Positions 18,837 through 26,637 of a DNA stretch of 36,190 nt are shown here, in pieces. The notes under the pieces are model-generated. The model ran no database searches. It was not told where the DNA came from and saw only the letters and a list, made by a program, of their open reading frames with translations. The position numbers were made by a program, and so were the translations under genes. The stretch is from Pseudolysobacter sp. GTDB taxonomy: Bacteria > Pseudomonadota > Gammaproteobacteria > Xanthomonadales > Rhodanobacteraceae. Location: positions 1-36,190 of the forward strand of contig JAYVTP010000023.1 of NCBI GenBank assembly GCA_043788685.1, written 5' to 3'. Position 1 is the stretch's first letter. Every line of letters starts with the position of its first letter.

Positions 18837-19208
18837 ATGCAACGTTGCTTCGGAATCATCGCGAGCGTGTTCGGCCTGACCGCCGTGATGCTTGGCGCGT
18901 TCGGCACTCACGCGCTACGTGGCGTTATCGCGGACGCATCATTCGCGATCTTCCAGACCGGTGTGCAATATCAGTTCTACCATGCGCTGGCCTTGCTCGG
19001 TATTGCCGCACTGAGTGCGCAGCGCGAGCATTTGCCACTGCGTATCTCCGGCTGGGCCTTCGTCGTCGGCATCGTATTTTTCAGCGGTAGCCTGTACCTG
19101 ATCGCACTCGCAGGATGGCGAATTTTTGGTGCGGTCGCGCCGATCGGTGGCTTGGCCTTGATGGTCGGCTGGAGCGCATTGGCGATCAGCTTCTGGCGCA
19201 AGGCTTAG
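18837..19208 (+). CDS. DUF423 (YgdD/TMEM256) membrane protein
   Basis: LGAFGTHAL...FQTGVQYQFYHALAL...FSGSLY...APIGG...GW. Confidence 0.92.
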   Translation: MQRCFGIIASVFGLTAVMLGAFGTHALRGVIADASFAIFQTGVQYQFYHALALLGIAALSAQREHLPLRISGWAFVVGIVFFSGSLYLIALAGWRIFGAVAPIGGLALMVGWSALAISFWRKA

Positions 19209-19301
19209 CCGCTAGCCAACGTTTTTCCTCCTGACTTGCAAACGACAGATGATCGGGAACGGCGTTCTGCCCGTTGCTACTTTTCGTGATTGATGTTTTC
19301 A

Positions 19302-19321
19302 TACCATCCATATGGATGGTA
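19302..19321. promoter_or_regulatory. Perfect 20-bp palindrome, probable operator of the CopG-like regulator
   Basis: TACCATCCATATGGATGGTA equals its own reverse complement and ends 10 nt before ATG 19332. Confidence 0.7.
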
Positions 19322-19331
19322 ATCGGATGGC

Positions 19332-19754
19332 ATGAAAACGATCACGGTTGCAGAACCCAAGCGCGTAGCGCCCGATACCGAAAAACTCACGATCAATCTG
19401 GGTGTCGTCGATCTCGGTCAGATTGATCTTCTCGTGCAGGAAGGATTTTATTCCAATCGCACCGATCTGATCCGCACCGCCATTCGTAATCAACTCACAG
19501 TGCATGGCGAGGAAATCAAAAGAACCGTAGCGCGGCGGACGTTGGTTTTGGGCCTGCACGATGTGCGTCGCAGTGATCTTGAGCGCATGCAGCGGCAACG
19601 ACAGATGCTGGATATCCAGGTGGTCGGCCTCGTGCGCATCGCCGATGATGTCTCGGCGAAATTGGCATTGGCCACGATTGCATCGATCGAGGTTCTCGGT
19701 GCGCTACACGCTTCTGCGGCAGTGCGCACTGCACTCGCCGCGCGTATTCGCTGA
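19332..19754 (+). CDS. CopG/ribbon-helix-helix family transcriptional regulator
   Basis: EKLTINLGVVDLGQIDLLVQEGFYSNRTDLIRTAIRNQL; this family is typically paired with PHB depolymerase-like esterases. Confidence 0.9.
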   Translation: MKTITVAEPKRVAPDTEKLTINLGVVDLGQIDLLVQEGFYSNRTDLIRTAIRNQLTVHGEEIKRTVARRTLVLGLHDVRRSDLERMQRQRQMLDIQVVGLVRIADDVSAKLALATIASIEVLGALHASAAVRTALAARIR

Positions 19755-19868
19755 ATCTTGGCTGGAGGTCGTTTGAAAATTTTACGAGGTTGGCGCAGCG
19801 GCTTGAACGCTGGCAAATTGGCAGGTTCGGCAGCAAATCGCGTCGGCAGCAAAAAGATCGCAGGGCTG

Positions 19869-20948
19869 ATGGATTCCATGCTCAAGGGAATTCAACGCCG
19901 CAGCAGCGAGAATCAATCGCCTACGAATATTTCGGCGACGATCTTGCGGGCGCTGAACGATGCCGGGTTGAGTTCGTCCGCCGTTACAGCAGCGGGCGCG
20001 GCCAGAACACATGCCAACGCTGCCACGTCTGGAAATTCCGCTCATGACAACGATCAATCGGGATCTTTCACTGCGCACTGTTTCAGCAATTCCGCAGGCA
20101 GTCGCAACTACAAGTTGTACGTGCCGCGTAGCTACGATGCGACCGCTGAAAAAACATTTCCACTGATCGTCATGCTGCATGGCTGCACGCAGTCGCCCGA
20201 TGATTTTGCGGCAGGAACGCAAATGAATACGCTGGCCGAACAGCACGGATTTCTCGTGTTGTATCCGGCGCAGTCCGCGAATGGCAACGGCTCGAAATGC
20301 TGGAACTGGTTTCGCGGCGGAGATCAACTTCGCGATTGTGGCGAACCATCGCTTCTCGCCGGAATGACGCAGGAGGTCGCACGCAATTTTCGTATCGACG
20401 ACCGTCGCATTTTTGTGGCAGGACTTTCGGCGGGGGCGGCAATGGCTGTGATCCTTGGCCAAACCTACCCGGATATTTACTCCGGCGTAGGCGTTCATTC
20501 CGGGCTGGCATACGCCGCGGCGCACGACGTGCCCTCCGCATTCCGCGCCATGCAGGGTTTGCATGATGTCACGGATGAATCCTCGCGCAAGCCTCAGCAC
20601 ACGGCGTTGTTGCCAACGATCATATTTCACGGCAATCGCGATACCACGGTGGCAGAAAAAAATGCCGGGATCATTGTGCAGCAGGCCCTCGCTGCGCATG
20701 GCGGCGCAGCGCCTTTGTCGAAAGCACAAAGTCGCGGAGAAGCTGGCGGACGGGGATTTGATTGCACCGTTTATCGTGATGAAGCGGGGCATGACATGAT
20801 CGAGTGCTGGACTATCGATGGCGCAGGACATGCGTGGTCGGGAGGCGACCGTATCGGATCGTATACAGACTCAACCGGCCCGAATGCGTCAGCGGAAATG
20901 CTGCGTTTTTTCTTCGCGTTACCGCCGCTTCAGACACCTGCGCGCTGA
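19869..20948 (+). CDS. PHB depolymerase family esterase (LpqC-like alpha/beta hydrolase)
   Basis: VMLHGCTQ oxyanion region, CWNWF, lipase box GLSAG, FHGNRD, GAGHAWSGG. Start uncertain (TTG 19758, ATG 19869 or 19878). Confidence 0.92.
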   Translation: MDSMLKGIQRRSSENQSPTNISATILRALNDAGLSSSAVTAAGAARTHANAATSGNSAHDNDQSGSFTAHCFSNSAGSRNYKLYVPRSYDATAEKTFPLIVMLHGCTQSPDDFAAGTQMNTLAEQHGFLVLYPAQSANGNGSKCWNWFRGGDQLRDCGEPSLLAGMTQEVARNFRIDDRRIFVAGLSAGAAMAVILGQTYPDIYSGVGVHSGLAYAAAHDVPSAFRAMQGLHDVTDESSRKPQHTALLPTIIFHGNRDTTVAEKNAGIIVQQALAAHGGAAPLSKAQSRGEAGGRGFDCTVYRDEAGHDMIECWTIDGAGHAWSGGDRIGSYTDSTGPNASAEMLRFFFALPPLQTPAR

Positions 20949-21191
20949 TCGAAAGCCTGTCCGGAAAAATTTGCGCGAAGGTATTTTTTTGGCGCAAGCC
21001 CAGCGCATATTTTCGGCAATGTGCCATGCGGCCATCTGCTGATTCCGTGGCCGTTGCCGCGACTGAGCGTGGGTTTTGGCAGTTTGCGGCAAGATTAATC
21101 TGTCGGCCATAGCTGCGTCTGAGCGTCTCAGGAAAAAATTCCAAGTGGCTGACTATGCCGCGTCGTCTCGGCGGACGAGCACAACCTGATT

Positions 21192-22031
21192 TCACCGCTC
21201 GATTTGGCAACGCCGCGCGCGCTCGAACTGATCGTCGTAACGACGCGGCATCGGTAGCACGACTTGTTTTTGCCGATGGGTTCGCGTTTGTCGCATCACA
21301 TTAAATCCGGCCGCGCTGAAAATGCGTTCGGCCGCCGCGAAATAAATCTGTGCCGGAAATGCATCCAGAATTCGGGTGGCGGCGGGCAATTTGTCGGGCG
21401 GTTGTTTGCTTGCCACCCACAGCTCGATGTCGCGGTTTTCGATAGTGCGAATCTCGTCAGCATAATCAATGATTTCTGCCACTTCCGCTGCCGGCCCGCT
21501 GTGCACGATCAGCCAGAAGGCATCGGCGCAATCGATGGGATCGGGCATCGGCGCGTCGATCAACTCAAGATATTCGATCCGATCGCTGTGCGCTTCGAGA
21601 AATTGCTGATGCGCGCAATGCAGTGGTTCAAGACACCAGACTCGTGTGTAGCATGGCGCTGAGCCGTAAATCAGCGGCGCGTATTGTTCCCAGCGCAGCA
21701 GGCGCGCGATATGCCAGAACTCAAGACCGAGATTGCTTGGCAGATCGCATAATTCGCCCAGAATTCCAGCGGGGAATACGTCGATGCAAATACATTCGGC
21801 ATCGAGTCTTTCGATGTGCCGGATCAACCACGCGCGAAAACTGGCAGCATTTTCCTGTAACGAATTCGGCACCGCAAGAATATTCAAGCCTTTCACAATA
21901 CGCGGATCGGCGGCAAACTCCGAGTGGGTCAGCACCGTGGTTTGCGCGGTGAGCTCGGTCATTTGCAGAAACGCTCTGGCGCGCACGAGATGACCGAGGC
22001 CACCGCCGAGGGCGTAATAAATCAGGCGCAC
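21192..22031 (-). CDS. Glycosyltransferase-like protein (GT-B fold, GT28/GT1-like)
   Basis: N-terminal YYALGGGLGHLVRA and C-terminal SAAGFN...LPMPRRYDDQFERA motifs; short at 279 aa; GTG start. Confidence 0.7.
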   Translation of the reverse strand: MRLIYYALGGGLGHLVRARAFLQMTELTAQTTVLTHSEFAADPRIVKGLNILAVPNSLQENAASFRAWLIRHIERLDAECICIDVFPAGILGELCDLPSNLGLEFWHIARLLRWEQYAPLIYGSAPCYTRVWCLEPLHCAHQQFLEAHSDRIEYLELIDAPMPDPIDCADAFWLIVHSGPAAEVAEIIDYADEIRTIENRDIELWVASKQPPDKLPAATRILDAFPAQIYFAAAERIFSAAGFNVMRQTRTHRQKQVVLPMPRRYDDQFERARRCQIER

Positions 22032-22080
22032 GATTTTGGCTTGCGCGCAGCGAAAGGCGAGGTTAGTGCAAGCGTGTTGA

Positions 22081-22701
22081 TTAGCGTCCGCGCGCCATCA
22101 ATTCGGCGACGATCACGAGTGCCGACTCGCGCGGAATACCGCTCATCAACAGCACCCCGTAAGCCGCGGAAAGCTTGCCGGCCTCGATCACGAACTGCTC
22201 GGTATCATTGCCATCCCTGACCTTGATCTTGCCGGTCTCCTTGCTGAATTTGACCTCGCCGATGGGATGCTCGGCCGGATCGACGATCTTCGCCTTGTCG
22301 CCATGATCGGTCTTGATCGCCCAGGCATTGGCATTTTGTTCGTTGTCGCTGATTTTGATCTTGTCGTCGCCGATTTTGATTTTCCACAACAGTTTGCTGT
22401 CCGGTGCGCGCAGCTTGAAACCAGCCGATTCGGATTTGACTTCGACCAACGCCGGGCCGCCCGCACCACGATGGTAGTAACGTTTGTCGCCGATGCTGTC
22501 GCCGATCAGTTTTACGTTGGTCGTGGTGATTTCGACATGGCCGGCATTGACCGTGATCGTGATTTTTTCCGCGTCTTTTGACGCGGCGATCACCGCGCTA
22601 GCGGAGGCATCAACTGTCGGTATCGTGGCAGCGCAATGCGCCGCATTACTCGCGAAAAAAAATCCAGAAAGGCTCAAGATGAGAAGGATGCGTGCGGTCA
22701 T
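22081..22701 (-). CDS. Exported beta-strand-rich hypothetical protein
   Basis: Signal peptide; repeated K/I/V-rich beta-hairpins (WKIKIGDDKIKISD, AKIVDPAEHPIGEVK, KIKVRDGND) and a C-terminal hydrophobic helix; start overlaps the upstream stop (22698-22701). Confidence 0.75.
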   Translation of the reverse strand: MTARILLILSLSGFFFASNAAHCAATIPTVDASASAVIAASKDAEKITITVNAGHVEITTTNVKLIGDSIGDKRYYHRGAGGPALVEVKSESAGFKLRAPDSKLLWKIKIGDDKIKISDNEQNANAWAIKTDHGDKAKIVDPAEHPIGEVKFSKETGKIKVRDGNDTEQFVIEAGKLSAAYGVLLMSGIPRESALVIVAELMARGR

Positions 22702-23879
22702 GTCTGGTATTCCTTGAGGTGGATTGGTGCGCTCGATTTGCGTTTATCGCGAGTGATGCTTGATGCGGTTTCGGTCAGCAGTTCGTGATATCGGCGTGCC
22801 TCGATGCGCTGGTCGAATTCGCGCAACACCGTGGTTTGCAGGTTGATGCCGAATGTCTGTCGCGTGGGCTCCGGCATTTCGATGGCAGCATCCAGCGCGC
22901 GGCGACAGGCGTGACCATCGCCCGGCGCAAAGGTCAGCGCGTTGTCGCCTTCGATCAGCAGATCGGCGAGACCACCGACCATCGCGCCGAGTACCGGGAT
23001 ACCTAGCGCGGCGGCTTCGAGCGCGACGTTCGGCATGCCATCGTAGAGCGACGGAATCGCCACGAAATCGCACGCTGCATACCAGCGCAGCAGTTCGAGC
23101 CGGTCGAGAAACGGCACATGCGTCCACGCAATATTCGTCGGCAAGGCTTGCAGGCGTGTGAGCATTTCGGTCTCGATCTCGCCGACGATCAGCAGATGCG
23201 CCTGCGCTGCATTTTCGCAGCCTTCGAGTGCATCGAGAAAAAACAGCCCGCCTTTTTTTCGCTTCAGATGGCCGAACAAACCGATCACCGTTTGGCTGTC
23301 GCACGCCTGCGCTGTGCGCCACGCATGCGCCTGATCGCGATCAATATCGAGCAAGGTCCAATCGTTTGCATCGATGCCATTGGCGATCCATTCGCTGCAA
23401 ATATCGGGAAACAAACTCGACACCTTGTGGCGATGATCGGTGCTGACCGCGCATACCGCAGCGGAGTGCGCGAGCGCATCGCGCAACATCCAGCCACGAC
23501 TCAACGAAAAAATACCGGTATCGAAATCGTTGCCGCGCAATAACGTGATGAGCGGAACCTGCATCCACGCGGCGAAACTCGGCGCGCACAACATCGGCAA
23601 CAAACCACCGAACGCGAGGATATGCGAAGGACGAATCGGATCATGCCCGAGCGTGTTCCACAGCAGGTTGAGCGCATGCGCCGGATCATCCGCGATCGGG
23701 CAGCAGATCAGCCGCCCGCGCTCGTGCTGGTCGATGCGCAGCGCGGCATGGCGCGCACTCAGATGCACCACGTCGAGGTCGACACCACGCGAGCGCAGAC
23801 CGCGCACGATGCGATCGCAGGATTGCGCCATGCCGCCACGATCGGGCGGAAAGTTTTCGGTGAGCAGCAGCGGTCGCAT
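22698..23879 (-). CDS. Glycosyltransferase family 4 protein
   Basis: Likely start ATG 23879 (MRPLLLTENFPPDRGGMAQSC); IANGID, GHLKRKKG, PSLYDGMPNVALEAAALG (D-x7-E variant of the GT4 motif). Confidence 0.9.
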   Translation of the reverse strand: MRPLLLTENFPPDRGGMAQSCDRIVRGLRSRGVDLDVVHLSARHAALRIDQHERGRLICCPIADDPAHALNLLWNTLGHDPIRPSHILAFGGLLPMLCAPSFAAWMQVPLITLLRGNDFDTGIFSLSRGWMLRDALAHSAAVCAVSTDHRHKVSSLFPDICSEWIANGIDANDWTLLDIDRDQAHAWRTAQACDSQTVIGLFGHLKRKKGGLFFLDALEGCENAAQAHLLIVGEIETEMLTRLQALPTNIAWTHVPFLDRLELLRWYAACDFVAIPSLYDGMPNVALEAAALGIPVLGAMVGGLADLLIEGDNALTFAPGDGHACRRALDAAIEMPEPTRQTFGINLQTTVLREFDQRIEARRYHELLTETASSITRDKRKSSAPIHLKEYQT

Positions 23880-23883
23880 CGTC

Positions 23884-24273
23884 TCAACTGTCGTTGAAGC
23901 CGGCGCGCGTATTGTCGCTGCCGTCGTCGATTTCGCCTTCGCGCTGGTTGAACGAGCGCGTGTCGTACTGATCATAATACGTGCTGTGATGCGAGCCGAG
24001 GTAGATCGGCGAATAACCGCTGTCGTAATACCGATGCCGGTAGGAATACGCCCAGTCGTCGTCATAAGTATTGTTGGCATTGGTCGCGCGGGGATTGGTC
24101 GTCGCGGTTTGCTGTTCGCTGCGCGCCCAGCAATCGCGGCATTGCGAAAACTTGCTGGCCACTGCGGAGTGCTCATAGCACATCGCGCGCTGGCACGTAG
24201 TGCATTGTCCGAGTGATGGCTCGCCACAATCGCGCAGCGAGAAAAACCCGCTCTTGCATTGGCATGCGCTCAT
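23884..24273 (-). CDS. Small Cys/His zinc-finger-like protein with Tyr/Asp-rich C-terminal tail
   Basis: ATG 24273 overlaps the upstream stop (ATGA); 129 aa: MSACQCKSGFFSLRDCGEPSLGQCTTCQRAMCYEH...CRDCW then ...YDDDWAYSYRHRYYDSGYSPIY...YYDQYD...GFNDS. Confidence 0.8.
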   Translation of the reverse strand: MSACQCKSGFFSLRDCGEPSLGQCTTCQRAMCYEHSAVASKFSQCRDCWARSEQQTATTNPRATNANNTYDDDWAYSYRHRYYDSGYSPIYLGSHHSTYYDQYDTRSFNQREGEIDDGSDNTRAGFNDS

Positions 24274-25151
24274 GCGGCGCTCCTGGTCGGTGGGGTGGCG
24301 CGTTGGTAGGCTTCGGAAATCACGTCGATCAAGACGCGTGGATCGAGCGGCTCCAACGACTTCGCCTTGAACTTGCGCACGAGTTTGACATCGCTGCGCT
24401 TGGCGCTGTGCTGCACCGTGATTTTCGATACGGGCAGTTGCGGTGAGCGACTTGCCGACGCATTCACGCCGTAGGATTTGTTCGGCAGCGACAGCCCGAT
24501 CGCGACCAGGCTGCGTTTGCAATGGCGCAGCTTGGTTTTCGTTTTGCCGCTGCTGCTGCGCTTGCTGCGTTTGCTTTCGCAAATCGTATCGAGCAAACGC
24601 CAACGCAAGATCGCATCATCCGCCAGTCGCGCCGAACCATCGAACCACGGATCGCGGTAAGTAGTATCGACGATTTTGTTGTAGGCGCCGCGCTCGTACG
24701 GTTTGGATGTGCCGGCGCATTTTTTGCTGTCGATCACAGGCGTGAGGTCGAGACGAACCGACAGCTTCTGCGCTGCCCGCATATCCTGTTTGAGGATCGC
24801 GATGAACGGCAACGCCACTGCGCTGATATTTTCGGAAATCGCGAATTGCGACAGGCGGCGCGTGATCATCGAAAGATAGATAAATGCAGCAATCGCCACC
24901 GCGAAAATGCAAAGGCGCAATCCGAACGGTAACGGCGAAATGAACAAAATGCCGATCGCCAGCGCAATCGCGAGCAGCTTCCACTTCAGCAATCGACTTC
25001 GCATCGCTGAATTTTGCTGATCGAATTTGGCCAGTGCGCGCATCTGTTCGAGCAGAGCCAGCGCAGTGAATTCACCGCTGATTTTTTTCTTGTCGATCGC
25101 CCTGCGCAACGCGGGCGACAGACTGTTGAACGCATTGAGTGAAGAGAACAT
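24270..25151 (-). CDS. Hypothetical membrane protein (2 TM) with basic C-terminal domain
   Basis: ATG 25151 after an AAGGAG RBS; two adjacent hydrophobic helices; YRDPWFDGSARLADD and KRSKRSSSGKTKTK segments. Confidence 0.78.
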   Translation of the reverse strand: MFSSLNAFNSLSPALRRAIDKKKISGEFTALALLEQMRALAKFDQQNSAMRSRLLKWKLLAIALAIGILFISPLPFGLRLCIFAVAIAAFIYLSMITRRLSQFAISENISAVALPFIAILKQDMRAAQKLSVRLDLTPVIDSKKCAGTSKPYERGAYNKIVDTTYRDPWFDGSARLADDAILRWRLLDTICESKRSKRSSSGKTKTKLRHCKRSLVAIGLSLPNKSYGVNASASRSPQLPVSKITVQHSAKRSDVKLVRKFKAKSLEPLDPRVLIDVISEAYQRATPPTRSAA

Positions 25152-25185
25152 CCTGGACTCCTTGGTTGAATTCAAGCGACTGGAT

Positions 25186-26403
25186 TCAGGCCGATGTCGC
25201 GGTGAAGGCGGCATCGGCGTGTGGTGCAGTTTCGACAGCATGCCTTGGATCGATACGTCGATAAATATCACGCAGCAGTTGCAACGAATGCGGCCAGGTA
25301 AATCCATTGGCGATGCGTTCGCGCCCACACTCGCCCATCCTGCGGCGACGCTCGGGATACGCCATCAATACCCGAATCGCGCGCGCCAGTTCGGCCGGCC
25401 GATCCGGCGCCACCAAGCGTCCTTCGATGCCATCGCGAATCAGTTCGCGCACCGGTGGCAGATCGGATGCAATCACCGCAACACCTGCAGCCATCGATTC
25501 GAGAATCTTCAATGGCGCGCAACCTTGTAAGACATTGCGCGCGCACTCACGCAACGGTACCAGTGAGATTTCCGCATTGACGATCCACGGCGCGAGTTCC
25601 GCCGCCGAAAGCTGCCAGCGCCAGACGATACGATCATCGAGGCCGAGTTTGGTCGCGAAACGTTCGCTGCGCCGTGCATCGCGCGATAACTGCGATCCGC
25701 AAATCACGAGGTGCAGATCGTCCATATCGGCCAATAATGCAAACGCGCGCAGCAAGGTATCGATGCCTTGCCAGGTTTGCAGTGCGCCGAAATAAATCAG
25801 GTATTTTTGCGGTGCCTCGGTTGGGCGCGGTGATGGCTCGATCAGCTCGGCACCGTTCGGCACGACGGTGATTTTGGCGCTGGCAACACCGAGTGATTCG
25901 AGCAGGCCGCGCGTCGTGTGCGATGGCGTGACGATCGCATCGCAGCGATCAAGACAATACAACTCGGTGGCGCGAATTTTCTCCAGCGTGCGCGGCGCGA
26001 TGCCCGGATACGCATGCAACAATTCGATCGAGGGCAGGGCATTGACCTCAAACACCGTCGCGTAATCGTGCGGCCGCGACAACAACGGCACACCGCTCCA
26101 CGGGTCGCGGAAGTGCGCGATGGCAAGCCCGCTCGCGGCGTGATCCAGAACTCGTTCGAGATACGCGCCATAGGCCGTGGCGCGTTTGAGAAAGTTATCG
26201 AACGGCAGCGAAAATCGCAGGATTTCGACATTGCCTTCGCGCTGCTGCACCGGCAGCGTGGTATCGCCCAGCACGTACAACAAACCGCTGCCCGCATAGT
26301 CGAACAGGCACGGCGCAAAACGCGCGATATGGTTCGATGCTCCCTTGCACGTCGGGAATCGGTCGAAGGCAGCATAAAGCGATCGCGGTTGGGTCAGCAG
26401 CAT
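25186..26403 (-). CDS. Glycosyltransferase family 4 protein
   Basis: YAAFDRFPTCKGASNHI N-terminus, VVPNGA, YFGALQTWQGID, QGCAPLKILESMAAGVAVIASD. Start ATG 26403 (GTG 26436 alternative). Confidence 0.92.
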   Translation of the reverse strand: MLLTQPRSLYAAFDRFPTCKGASNHIARFAPCLFDYAGSGLLYVLGDTTLPVQQREGNVEILRFSLPFDNFLKRATAYGAYLERVLDHAASGLAIAHFRDPWSGVPLLSRPHDYATVFEVNALPSIELLHAYPGIAPRTLEKIRATELYCLDRCDAIVTPSHTTRGLLESLGVASAKITVVPNGAELIEPSPRPTEAPQKYLIYFGALQTWQGIDTLLRAFALLADMDDLHLVICGSQLSRDARRSERFATKLGLDDRIVWRWQLSAAELAPWIVNAEISLVPLRECARNVLQGCAPLKILESMAAGVAVIASDLPPVRELIRDGIEGRLVAPDRPAELARAIRVLMAYPERRRRMGECGRERIANGFTWPHSLQLLRDIYRRIDPRHAVETAPHADAAFTATSA

Positions 26404-26452
26404 GGTTCTGGCCGGATTTTCGGCGGAGCGTAGCACTAATCACGGGCATCGC

Positions 26453-26506
26453 GAAAAGGGGTGTCGGCCGACTTTTTCGAGTGCCGACAGCAATGTCCCC
26501 TTTTTC
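26453..26506. other. Extended inverted repeat/hairpin in the divergent intergenic region
   Basis: AAAAGGGG-TGTCGGC-N14-GCCGACA-N7-CCCCTTTT. Confidence 0.5.
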
Positions 26507-26637
26507 AAATAAACGCGTAATGCATTTTGCAGGGCAACCGCCCAAAGACAACTTTCGGGATTCTCGTTATGTGCAGAAAATACTTCTCGACGGTGCGCTT
26601 GCTCTTGGGCATTCACTTATGGTTGTCACGTACCGTG

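Noticed and set aside
20953-21191. AAGCCTGTCCGGAAAAAT resembling an IS/MITE end in the convergent gap
   Set aside because: I found no matching inverted partner or target duplication.
23880-24227. N-terminal extension of the 509-aa GT4 ORF (apparent fusion)
   Set aside because: It is an alternative frame over the zinc-finger gene; GT4-like sequence starts at MRPLLL (23879).
24274-24603. Gln-rich N-terminal extension of the 239-aa ORF
   Set aside because: It overlaps the 2-TM gene in another frame; ATG 24273 with an ATGA overlap is the better start.
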